Assembly (NCBI GenBank): GCA_951406725.2
Contig: OX597834.1
Location: 8,990,001 to 9,054,000, forward strand
Direction of reading: 5' to 3'
DNA: 64,000 nucleotides
Source: Octopus vulgaris
Taxonomy: Eukaryota
Positions 1-10,400 of this stretch are shown here, piece by piece. Below the pieces are notes generated by a model that saw nothing but the letters and a program-made list of their open reading frames with translations, did not search any database and was not told where the DNA came from. The first letter of the stretch is position 1, and each line of letters opens with the position of its first letter. Made by a program: the position numbers and the translations under genes.

Positions 1-243
1 TTTGTCGAAGTGAAACAATTTGGGATTTTGTGATGTCGATTGTAGTGATTAAGAAGAGAATGAGTATTTTCATAAAGACTTAATAGGTCTCATGTGGTTG
101 GTTTGGGTGGAAGGTTTTTTTTAATTTTCAAATGCGGGACGTACGTACACACGCATGCACGCACATACACCCGCACAAAAAAAGAACAGACACAAATATA
201 GAGAGACAGATGGATTTAAGATTTCACAATCATACTAGCATAT

Positions 244-280
244 AGGCGTAGGAGTGGCTGTGTGGTAAATATATTGCTTA
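244..280 (+). mobile_element. 5' fragment of CORE-type tRNA-derived SINE
   Basis: aggcgtaggagtggctgtgtggtaa matches the 5' end of the full copies at 29010 and 58543; truncated after ttgcttac. Confidence 0.6.
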
Positions 281-1060
281 CTTCCGGTTACCCAGAATGC
301 AATACTACTTGGTCTGGACTGTTTCGGTGACAAGATGTGAGTTTTTTTTTTTTGGCTCCGTGAGTAGAAAAAAGAACAAAAAGAAAAATTGTCAATTATG
401 GCTCGCTATAGCGAGCAAAATAGTGGGTTCTCATCACCTTAACGGTGAATTGAGAATTTCTGCTTAAAAATTCTTTTTGTAAATTCTAGTGCGCGTATGT
501 CGCCAGTAAAAGTACACTTTTTCCGAACTGGAGTACTTCAAGAATAAGCCATTTGGATTACCTCTTTGGAGTATAATACAAAGGATTCCCTGTCTTTGCT
601 ATTTGTGAGGTTTTTCTTTTACTTTTCCCTTCTATTTTTTCTTTCTTTCTAAATTTTGTTTCATTCTTTTCATTACTTTAATTTCAGTTTCCTCCTCTTT
701 TATTTTGTTTTATTTTTATTCGGTTTGTGTTTTTGGCGGACTGTCTTTTGTACTACTTTTGAACTGTTTTTTGACATGACAGAGAAGGAACTTAAAAAGA
801 AAACCTCTGTCTTAGAGTGGGAAATTAACCCGCCTAAACAGTGGTTAAAAGATATGTAGGAGAAGACGGTGGTGCTTAGAACTTATTCTGAACTTCTTAA
901 TTCCACCACCGTCTTCCCAAAACAAGTTATAAAAAATGAACTTAAAGACTATTGTCCTCTTTAAAATATATATCCCGTGGTGTCAAAGTCCATAGTGCGT
1001 AGTACATACGAGGTTAAAAATGAAAAATATTTTCTAAGCAATGTCAGAGTCTCTATTTGC
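281..1060 (+). mobile_element. Possible 5' UTR plus decayed ORF1 start of an L1/Tx1-like LINE
   Basis: Interrupts the SINE head; the frame from 777 reads MTEKELKKK...DM*EKTVVLRTYSELLNSTTVFPKQVIKNEL with in-frame stops; family resemblance by eye only. Confidence 0.25.
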
Positions 1061-1784
1061 TGTCCGGCAATCTTTATTCGGATGTATTTTGCGCGAAAAT
1101 ACCTTAAGCTAAGCCTGAAAGCAATGAAGTTATAAAAGAATCATCTATAACTTGCAATTAGCAAAATTTATTAAACGTTATTACTGTTATTTCTTTATTG
1201 TCTGCAAACAAAATGCACAAAAAGCTACACGTTTGCATTACGTTATATATGCAATAATAATAAAGGACGTTGCCGTATACAGTTTTTGGTACTTGTCAAT
1301 TGTCGTGGTCCCGGTTTTGCACACGCGAATTCGCGCGCGCGCGCGCGCCAGACGTAGGTACTCGATACTCGAGATCCTACGAGGTGACTTGCGCACGCGC
1401 AGTGCAGAATTCGCGCGTGCGCGTTAAACCCCCCCCCTCCTAAAAAAAAAAGGTGTTGGATTTCACTAAAAATATATATGTGTGTGTGTGTATATATAAC
1501 ATTTTCAATTTTACACAAAAAAATTACATAGTCGCTTTCCTCGCGGATTTACAGAGAAATGAATTAATTACTATTTTACAGAATAAAATTAATGAATTAA
1601 TTATATAAATTAAATAATTCTTGAAAATTAATTAATATTAATAATATTTTTTGAACAAAGTAAATAATTTATAAAACTTGGTTAATAACTTTTTTTACAC
1701 AAACGCGAACGTATATAATTTGTGAAACTTTTTTTTTTTTTACAGACGTATATAATTTGGTAAACTTAATGAATTAATTTCTTC

Positions 1785-2208
1785 TCATCATCATCATCGT
1801 TTAACGTCCGTTCTCCATGCCAGCATGGGTTGGACGGTTCGACCGGGGATCTGGGAAGCCAGAAGGCTGCACCAGACTCCAGTCTTATCTGGCAATGTTT
1901 CTACAGCTGGATGCCCTTCCTAACGCCAACCACTCCGAGAGTGTAGTGGGTGCTTTTTACATGCCACCCGCACAGGTGCCAGGCGAGGCTGGCAACGGCC
2001 ACGGTCGGATTGGTGCCAGTCGAGGCGGCTCTGGCATCGGCCACGATTCGGATAGTGCTTTTTACGTACCACCAGTCCAGGGGTCCTGGCATTTGCCGGG
2101 TGCCACACTTGCCCCAACATGTCTTCGCAAGCAAAGGGGGTTGGCATGGGTGCCTGTCGTGGGATGAGGTTCGATATCAACTTCGCTTGCCTCAACAGGT
2201 CTTTGTGT
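1785..2208 (-). mobile_element. RTE-related non-autonomous retroposon, 5'-truncated, in the left arm
   Basis: On the minus strand it ends ...ccaacccatgctggcatggagaacggacgttaaac(gat)n and contains ggttggcgttaggaagggcatccagc; a GC-rich island in an AT-rich arm. Confidence 0.7.
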
Positions 2209-2378
2209 ATAAATGTATAAATTTTTCGCACTAAATTCTTTCCGTAGAATTTATAAAAAAACGCGCAAAATTATTCCGTAGACTTTATCAAATTAAAAAA
2301 CGCAAAATTAATATATTTTTTGAAATTGCAAATTATTTAGAATATAAAACAAATTAAGTTAAATTTTAAAAATAAATG

Positions 2379-2507
2379 TCATATACTTATACTCTGTAAG
2401 GTGCTGTGTTCACACTTCAATTTACTATTTTCTAGAAATGTTGCTTTTCTAATTGAAACAATTTTTCTCAATCTCCATTTAAAAGTCCATAATGCCTCTT
2501 GAGCCAT
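2379..2507 (-). pseudogene. Merlin (IS1595/ISXO2-like) transposase fragment, left-arm copy
   Basis: Mirror image of 2987-3115. Confidence 0.6.
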
Positions 2508-2784
2508 ATCAAAATGAACAACTTTGAATTACGTGGTGGTGGTGGTGTGAGGTTCTAATTTTTTTTTCTGATCTCTCTTTGCCCCCTCTTTATCTCAGTT
2601 GTTCATTCAGCTAATATTTAGAAAAATTTTCGCGCCCAATTTTTGTTGTCGCGGGAAAAGATGAACGATTTAAAATAAATATATCTTAATTGTAGTGTGA
2701 GAAAGTATATATATTCTGATGACAAAATATATTATCTTTCAAAAACATCCCAAATTTATAGACTATATCGTGTAGGTTTAAGAA

Positions 2785-2833
<49 letters not shown>

Positions 2834-2986
2834 TATAGATATATATATACATATATAGTAGAGAATGAAACATCTTTCATCTGTCTCCCCACCACACCTC
2901 CATCTAGGGGGGGCAAAGAGAGATCATAAAAAAAATTAGAACCTCACACCACCACCACCACGTAATTCAAAGTTGTTCATTTTGAT

Positions 2987-3115
2987 ATGGCTCAAGAGGC
3001 ATTATGGACTTTTAAATGGAGATTGAGAAAAATTGTTTCAATTAGAAAAGCAACATTTCTAGAAAATAGTAAATTGAAGTGTGAACACAGCACCTTACAG
3101 AGTATAAGTATATGA
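2987..3115 (+). pseudogene. Merlin (IS1595/ISXO2-like) transposase fragment, right-arm copy
   Basis: 42-aa ORF MAQEALWTFKWRLRKIVSIRKATFLENSKLKCEHSTLQSISI; WR..K.VSIRK.TF.ENSKL resembles the SIR-x-GT-F-FE-x-SKL motif that follows the N-terminal Zn ribbon of Merlin transposases; DDE domain absent. Confidence 0.6.
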
Positions 3116-3285
3116 CATTTATTTTTAAAATTTAACTTAATTTGTTTTATATTCTAAATAATTTGCAATTTCAAAAAATATATTAATTTTGCGTTTTTTA
3201 ATTTGATAAAGTCTACGGAATAATTTTGCGCGTTTTTTTATAAATTCTACGGAAAGAATTTAGTGCGAAAAATTTATACATTTAT

Positions 3286-3709
3286 ACACAAAGACCTGTT
3301 GAGGCAAGCGAAGTTGATATCGAACCTCATCCCACGACAGGCACCCATGCCAACCCCCTTTGCTTGCGAAGACATGTTGGGGCAAGTGTGGCACCCGGCA
3401 AATGCCAGGACCCCTGGACTGGTGGTACGTAAAAAGCACTATCCGAATCGTGGCCGATGCCAGAGCCGCCTCGACTGGCACCAATCCGACCGTGGCCGTT
3501 GCCAGCCTCGCCTGGCACCTGTGCGGGTGGCATGTAAAAAGCACCCACTACACTCTCGGAGTGGTTGGCGTTAGGAAGGGCATCCAGCTGTAGAAACATT
3601 GCCAGATAAGACTGGAGTCTGGTGCAGCCTTCTGGCTTCCCAGATCCCCGGTCGAACCGTCCAACCCATGCTGGCATGGAGAACGGACGTTAAACGATGA
3701 TGATGATGA
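3286..3709 (+). mobile_element. RTE-related retroposon, mirror copy in the right arm
   Basis: Reverse complement of 1785-2208, with a (GAT)n tail. Confidence 0.7.
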
Positions 3710-4517
3710 GAAGAAATTAATTCATTAAGTTTACCAAATTATATACGTCTGTAAAAAAAAAAAAAGTTTCACAAATTATATACGTTCGCGTTTGTGTAAA
3801 AAAAGTTATTAACCAAGTTTTATAAATTATTTACTTTGTTCAAAAAATATTATTAATATTAATTAATTTTCGAGAATTATTTAATTTATATAATTAATTC
3901 ATTAATTTTATTCTGTAAAATAGTAATTAATTCATTTCTCTGTAAATCCGCGAGGAAAGCGACTATGTAATTTTTTTGTGTAAAATTGAAAATGTTATAT
4001 ATACACACACACACATATATATTTTTAGTGAAATCCAACACCTTTTTTTTTAGGAGGGGGGGGGGGTTTAACGCGCACGCGCGAATTCTGCACTGCGCGT
4101 GCGCAAGTCACCTCGTAGGATCTCGAGTATCGAGTACCTACGTCTGGCGCGCGCGCGCGCGCGAATTCGCGTGTGCAAAACCGGGACCACGACAATTGAC
4201 AAGTACCCAGTTTTTCAAAGCAAGGACCTTATATACACCTCCTTGACTCAAGTTAGAGAAGGGGTGCGTATTATACAGAAGGTTTATGTTTTTCAGAGGT
4301 ACAGCCTCCTAAAAATCCCCTGCGTATTATACTCAAGGGTGGACTATACTCGAATATTTACGGAAGTTAGAAATACCTGTCTTTTTATTCTGCAAACACA
4401 CGGATTTTTAAAAACTTAAAGCACAAGATGGACAATATATATTTTGATACACTATTTGCAAAATTCCAAGTGAGGTCGTCGAGGTATCGAATTCATTCAT
4501 TATGAAATGATCACTCA

Positions 4518-4735
4518 AGGCGGCGAGGTGTTAGAATCGTTAGCTCACTGCACGAAATGCTTAGCGGTATTTCGCCCGTCGCTACAGTCCGAGTTCAAAT
4601 CCTGCCGAGGTCGACCTTGCCATTCATCATTTTGGGGTCGATAAATTAAGTAGTTGTGAAATTCTGGTGTCGATGGAATCGATTTAACCCCCACAATAGA
4701 TTTCATGTCTTGTGCCTTGTAGAAAAGGATTATTA
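4518..4735 (+). mobile_element. tRNA-derived SINE with a Meta-domain-like centre (family B)
   Basis: ggcggcgagg..gaatcgttagc A-box, gagttcaaatcc B-box, ggggtcgataaattaagta central block. Confidence 0.75.
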
Positions 4736-4779
4736 AATAACTACTTACTTCACTTGAATCACATCTAACTTGTGCTAAA

Positions 4780-5389
4780 GAATTTCAACAACGGCTGCGG
4801 CCCTAAGTTTTTACAAACTTAGTCTAACATGTAAACCGAATAGGAAATACGTTACTGAGTAGTAAGATGTAGTCAAACAGAATTCTGAGCTTATCATGGA
4901 GTTGATGTTTTATTATAAAGTTTAAAGAATGAGTAAATACTTTTCGCTCAACTGAATAAGAGTAGTAACCAAGATATCATCGAATCACAGACAACCACGT
5001 AACACTTTAATATACTAAATATAGAAGTAAGAATTAACCTAAGTTCATTGATACACATTGCCTGGAACAAAGTGTTGATGGTTATGGCTTAAATGTTTTT
5101 ATCACCGTTTCGCTTAATTTGGCTATTTTTGCTAGATCTTATGTTACATAATTTACAGTAATTCTCTGAAGAAATATCAATATCTCAGTACTTTTGTATT
5201 TCTTATTAGTAAAACGAGATTGCAAGATCTAAGTAGGTACGTTACAACAGACATGCAACACTTTTCATTCGTTAGGAATGATTGTGATTTATTAGAGAAT
5301 ATTGTGTTTCTGAAATGGATTTTTGATTGGTTCCATTTTTGCTTCCAAATAATATCTCTGAAAGACTGAAAGATCAAATTTCTCATCAG

Positions 5390-5390
<1 letters not shown>
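4780..5390 (-). pseudogene. Highly decayed Gypsy-type reverse transcriptase remnant
   Basis: Minus-strand fragments in RT order across stops and frameshifts: CKL..*DLAK..QIK..AITINT, then KVLRGCL*FDDILVTT, then YSVTYF. Confidence 0.45.
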
Positions 5391-5443
<53 letters not shown>

Positions 5444-7039
5444 CAGGGTTTTTCTTAACTTTTCTTTTGCTTGTGAAAATATTTATCGACGATTTACGGA
5501 GAGGAATCGTACATTAGATGTAACTGATATATATATGAACAAAGTTGATGCGTGGTTCGTGAGGAGGTTTTAACTTGTGGAATTACATGCAATGAGTTCT
5601 GGCATAATCCAATTCATTCATATCACTGCCTTTAGAGTAATTACTGCACATACGACTCTCTAGCTGCCCTCCCTCTCTTTCATTCTTTCTCTTTCTCTCT
5701 CTCCTTTTAGATGGTCCCTTTAGAAATATTCTTAATGTAGCAAAAGCCAGTGAGTTCTCTTTTGTAGTGGTCGCAATACATAAGAGCAAGCAAATATATT
5801 TGAATTCTCTACAGACTGCCCTAAGGACTCTTTGAAGTATTTATTCCTTCACAAGAAATGTTCATTGTTAGAAGACTTTAAAAATAGATCTTCTGGATCA
5901 AAGTTGACCGACAACAAAATGAAAAGAAGCAGCAATACAGAACACGCATTTATGGCTAAATAAAAGTTGAAGATAAACTAAAATAATCATATTTAACGGG
6001 AACTGTAGGATGTAAATGATAGTATAAAGATGAACTCGTTTTTCTATCCGTACATGTTGCTTTTTTACTTGTTTGTGTCATATTTCGAAATAGGTTGTTT
6101 TGCCTGTCGTCTATAATGTATAATGTAGTATAATGTTTAAAAGACTATATAATGTACGCCATTTGGCTCATTTGGCAAAATTGTATCTTGTCCCTTATTT
6201 GTAGACCAAGTTTCAGGTGTGTCAACTTCCAAAAGCTAAACCCTTATAAAATAATTAGTGACTGTTCTATCCCCATTCCTTTTATTCAGGAGAATACAAG
6301 GCATGATTGGCTCCTGATAACCATTCATTTTTCACCACATAGTGTCACATAAGACAAACATTTGAAACTACCTCAATTTTGGTAAAAATGGACAACTATC
6401 ATACTACTTTTTGCAATCCTCCCCATCACTTTGAAAATACCTGCAACACACATTGAGGAATATTATACTGATGGCTTTAGCACTTCGAAATCGATTGATT
6501 CCTCCCAAACTCTGTAATTGCGGTGAAAAGTCTTTCTGTCACTCTCTCTTCCACTCACGCGCTATCCCATATGCATAAGAGATAAAAATACAGGTATGGC
6601 ATATATTCATTGAGGACACACCAATCTTTCCTACCACCATCAGGTAGGATGTTGGTAAAAGTATTAGTGGAGTTAGAGAGGAAGAACCGGGACTGTGACA
6701 TATGATATGTTATTCTCTAACAGGAAAAACTAGAATTAACAGTTGTTTTTTTTTCTATTCCTTAACTTCCCTTACACTTTTTATTTTTAAAGTTTTGTTT
6801 TCTGCTGACATGAGGTATTTTTTTTTTTCATTTCCATGACAATCGATAGAGCAGAGAAGAAAACTCTCCTGTTGTATTTAGTTACGTCTCTTTAAATTCT
6901 GACATGATAGATACTGGGGTCGATATTGCTTTTCATCTCTTGGCGTGGAAAATTACAGACCGAGACAATGAGAGGTTATTTTCAATCAGTTGTTATCTCG
7001 CAAATGATATGTGTAGAGATATATCTGTGTTATTCATCC

Positions 7040-7740
7040 TTTTTCTGTTTGACCGTTGTCATTGTAGATTCTGGTGAATGACAAAATACCATTTTTGTTT
7101 TTGTCAGAACAAAGGATGATGCTTGACAGAACAGCAATTTTCATGCCGTTGTTGTATGCTGATAGAAAGATAATATTACTTTCTTGTCCAAAAATAGTCT
7201 ATATTTTGGATGATTTCAAATCATCCGCAGCTTGCTTCACTAGGTTGCTCGATATAGCCACAAAACAAGACACAAGACTGATACTATTTCTATGTATAAG
7301 TGCTGTCTTTCAGAAGAAACTGGGTGAGATTGGAGATTCAAAAGCAGTCCGTAAGACACAATACACCCATTGCATAAGTACCTGCTTTAAGCACCCTGTC
7401 TGTTAAAATCCTTACCCAATATTACATTTTCATTGTATTCATTGCTGTTTAAAAGCAGAAAGCGCAGTTCTGCCTGCTGTAAGCAAAATTCTTGGAATTT
7501 CAGATTAGGACACTGTGAAAGGAAACCCATTTGAGTGCAGAAAATATTCTCAAAGTTTGCTCTTAAATATTTCCCCTCTTACAACAGAAATATCAAGAAA
7601 AGATATTCTTTCTGTATGAGATGCCACAACGTTTTAATCGTTTTATCAACATTTCTTTATATCTAGTACTAGTCATTTATTGGGATAGGCATACTATTCC
7701 AAATTGTAATATCTGTTCTGATCATAGAATTATTCGACTG
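7040..7740 (-). pseudogene. Decayed UPF1-family (ZNFX1-like) SF1 helicase C-terminal domain remnant
   Basis: IDYF/GQESNIIFLSAYNNGMKIAVL.../FVLTKTKMVFC resembles VDNFQGEENDIILLSLVRSN..GKIGFL..VALSRAK.GFYC; upstream FYDQNRYYNLE; many stops and frameshifts. Confidence 0.35.
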
Positions 7741-8089
7741 AAAGTTACAGTTGCGGTATCGAGTGACGCTGCGTGTCATATATTCAGGTTCCTTGGCTGT
7801 GTGTGTGTGTTTGTTTGAGAGAGAGAGAGAGAGAAAGAATATCTTAATAAGAATGCAAAAAAAAGACAAAGATTGCTTTGCCACGCTCGAACATTTCAAC
7901 ATATCCTTGTTAATCTATTTACAAATATTTTAACAAGAGGGTAAATTGGATCTGGGAATTTATTTTTCCCGTTAACCATTATAATGGTGTACATTTGTAT
8001 CTTCCTGCCAAATTCAGAAAAAAATTCTTTGGGAAATGGCAAGTCTCTTTAAGGCAAAGAAAACTGAAAAGAATCGACGAATATATATA

Positions 8090-8266
8090 CTCTTTACACT
8101 TTTCAGTCATTTGACTGCGGCCGTGCTGGAGCACCGCCTTTAGTCGAGCACTCGACCCCGGGACTTATTCTTTGTAAGCCCAGTACTTATTCTATCGGTC
8201 TCTTTTGCCGAACCGCTAAGTGACGTGGACATAAACACACCAGCATCGGTTGTCAAGCAATGCTAG

Positions 8267-8305
<39 letters not shown>

Positions 8306-8469
8306 CGACGGGCTTCTTTCAGTTTCTGTCTACCAAATCCACTCACAAGGCTTTGGTCGGCCCGAGGCTATAGTAGAAGACGCTTGCCCAAGGAACCGCG
8401 CAGTGGGACTGGACCCGGAACCATGTGGTTGGTAAGCAAACTACCTACCACACAGCCACTCCTGCGCCT
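8090..8469 (-). mobile_element. CORE-type tRNA SINE with internal (TA)/(TG) tract (family A)
   Basis: Reverse complement of aggcgcaggagtggctgtgtggta...ccttgggcaag...gctccagcacggccgcagtcaaatgactgaaa. Confidence 0.85.
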
Positions 8470-8489
8470 ATATATACCTGGATAATTAT

Positions 8490-9130
8490 CGGTGCCAAAT
8501 GTTAATTCAAGTCCAGTAATTATGGGTTGGAGAGTAAGTTAATTAAGTCGACGTCAGTACTCAACTGGTATTTATTTTACCGAACCGAAATCGATGAAAG
8601 GCAAAGTCGACCAGGGCGGAACTTGAACTCAGAAGATAAAGACTGACAAAATAGTGCTAAGCAGTTTGCCCAGCGTGGTAAAGATTCAGCCAGCTCACCA
8701 ACTTGTATAATGAGATAATTATTGACTACAGATTTGATCACACGGCCAATCAATTTCGGTGAAGTGGGTAAGTTGACAACATCGACCCCAGTGCTCTACC
8801 GGTGTTTATTTAATCGCCTCCTATAGGGTAAAAGATAATGTTGACCTCGGCGGAATTTGAACTCAAAATGTAAAAACGGACAAACGATCCTGCCATCTCG
8901 ACGCATTATAGTGATTTAAAATGTTGGCACAAAGCCAGCAATTTCGGGTGAAGGGTTGAAGTCGATCACATCAATTCCATTGTTCAACAGGTACTTATTT
9001 TATTAAACCCCTACCTAGCATGAAGGGTATAGTGGACTTCGGTGGAATTTTAAAATCGGAATGTAAAGACAGACGAAATGAGGTTAGTCATTCTGCCCGT
9101 CGCGGTAACGATTCTCCTAACTCGCCGCTT
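8490..9130 (-). mobile_element. Three head-to-tail degenerate family-B SINE copies
   Basis: (g/t)cggcggaa(c/t)ttgaactca-like blocks recur at ~8615, ~8848 and ~9040, spaced ~200-230 bp. Confidence 0.65.
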
Positions 9131-9169
9131 TATATAAGATTATCATCAAAAATCAAATATTAATCTCAC

Positions 9170-9391
9170 TCTTTTACACTTTTACTTGTTTCAGTCATAT
9201 GACTGCGGCTATGCTGGAGCACCACCTTTGGTCCAGCAAGGCGACCCTGTGACTTATTCTTCGTAAGCCTGGTACTTCTGTTATCGGTCTCTTTTTCCAA
9301 ACCGATGCTAGTGTTTTTACGGGGGCGTAAACACACCAGCATCGGCTGTCAAGAGATGTTGGGGGAAAAACACAGTCACACAAACACACAA

Positions 9392-9468
<77 letters not shown>

Positions 9469-9636
9469 TACATGCATATATAGGGCGGATTTCTTTCAGT
9501 TTCCATCTACCAAATCCACTCACAAGGCTTTGGTTGGCCCGAGGTTATAGAAGACACTTCTCCAAGGGGCAACGCAGTGGGACTGAATCATGTGGCTTGT
9601 AAGCAAGGAACTTACCACACAGGCATTCCTGCGCCT
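9170..9636 (-). mobile_element. Family-A CORE-type SINE
   Basis: Same structure as 8090-8469; short duplication of the 5' end at 9639-9655. Confidence 0.8.
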
Positions 9637-10074
9637 ATACACAGCCACTCCTGCGATTATGTATATTGTATGAATAAATTTTGAAATTTATTCGTAACAC
9701 TATTTACAACATTACATAAATTCCATGCCCAAAGATAGAGATTATTATAATATTTATTAAATTAAAAACGAACGTTTAAAGTATCGTAGAAGATATACCA
9801 GCCAATTTTTAAAAACTTTATCAGTAAAATTTGAATTAGTTTGCGATTAGTAGTTAAAGCTGCTAACTGATTATTTTATCTATTTTTATACAGATTGGTA
9901 TATATATATATATATATATATACAGAGAGAGAGAGAGATTAATCTCTTATTTAGAAATAATGCGTTTAGTTTACTGTGATCTATAATGAGATGAGAATCA
10001 ATGTTGATTTTAAATTCAATTAATAATTAATAAACTTCAGATATTTCTTGGTCTATATAATTTGTATATTACTT

Positions 10075-10120
10075 AAACACATATATATATACATACATAC
10101 ATACATACATATATATATAC

Positions 10121-10183
<63 letters not shown>

Positions 10184-10400
10184 CATACATACATATATAT
10201 ATACATACATATATATATACATATATACATACATATGTACATACATATATATATACATACATACATATATATATACATACATACATATATATATACATAT
10301 ATATATACATGTATATATACATACATACATATATATATACATATATATACATGTAATAGATTTGTTTATATGTACATATATAATTATATACATACACACA
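10075..10400. repeat. Compound (TA)n/(TACA)n microsatellite
   Basis: Direct inspection. Confidence 0.95.

Larger units (their letters stand above)
1288..4207. mobile_element. Palindromic (foldback) non-autonomous Merlin-type DNA transposon
   Basis: Arms 1288-2586 and 2909-4207 are reverse complements with only a few mismatches; termini GGTAC...GTACC fit the Merlin GGNRM consensus; perfect 8-bp TSD CAGTTTTT at 1280-1287 and 4208-4215; the track's mirrored ORF pairs (1817-2167/3327-3677 etc.) are identical. Confidence 0.9.
1075..4363. mobile_element. Older pogo/Tigger-like non-autonomous DNA transposon split by the palindromic element
   Basis: Right end GGGTGGACTATACTCGAATATTTACGG (~4337-4363) with repeated subterminal gcgtattatac motifs resembles CCGTA-type TIRs; left TIR not found. 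Confidence 0.4.

Noticed and set aside
1817-3677. Mirrored 77-116-aa ORFs in the palindrome arms
   Set aside because: Overlapping chance ORFs in a GC-rich non-coding retroposon; they are duplicated only because of the inverted repeat.
1288-4207. Endogenous parvovirus or Polinton with long ITRs
   Set aside because: No NS1, capsid, pPolB or integrase remnants; the 8-bp TSD, GGTAC ends and transposase motif fit Merlin better.
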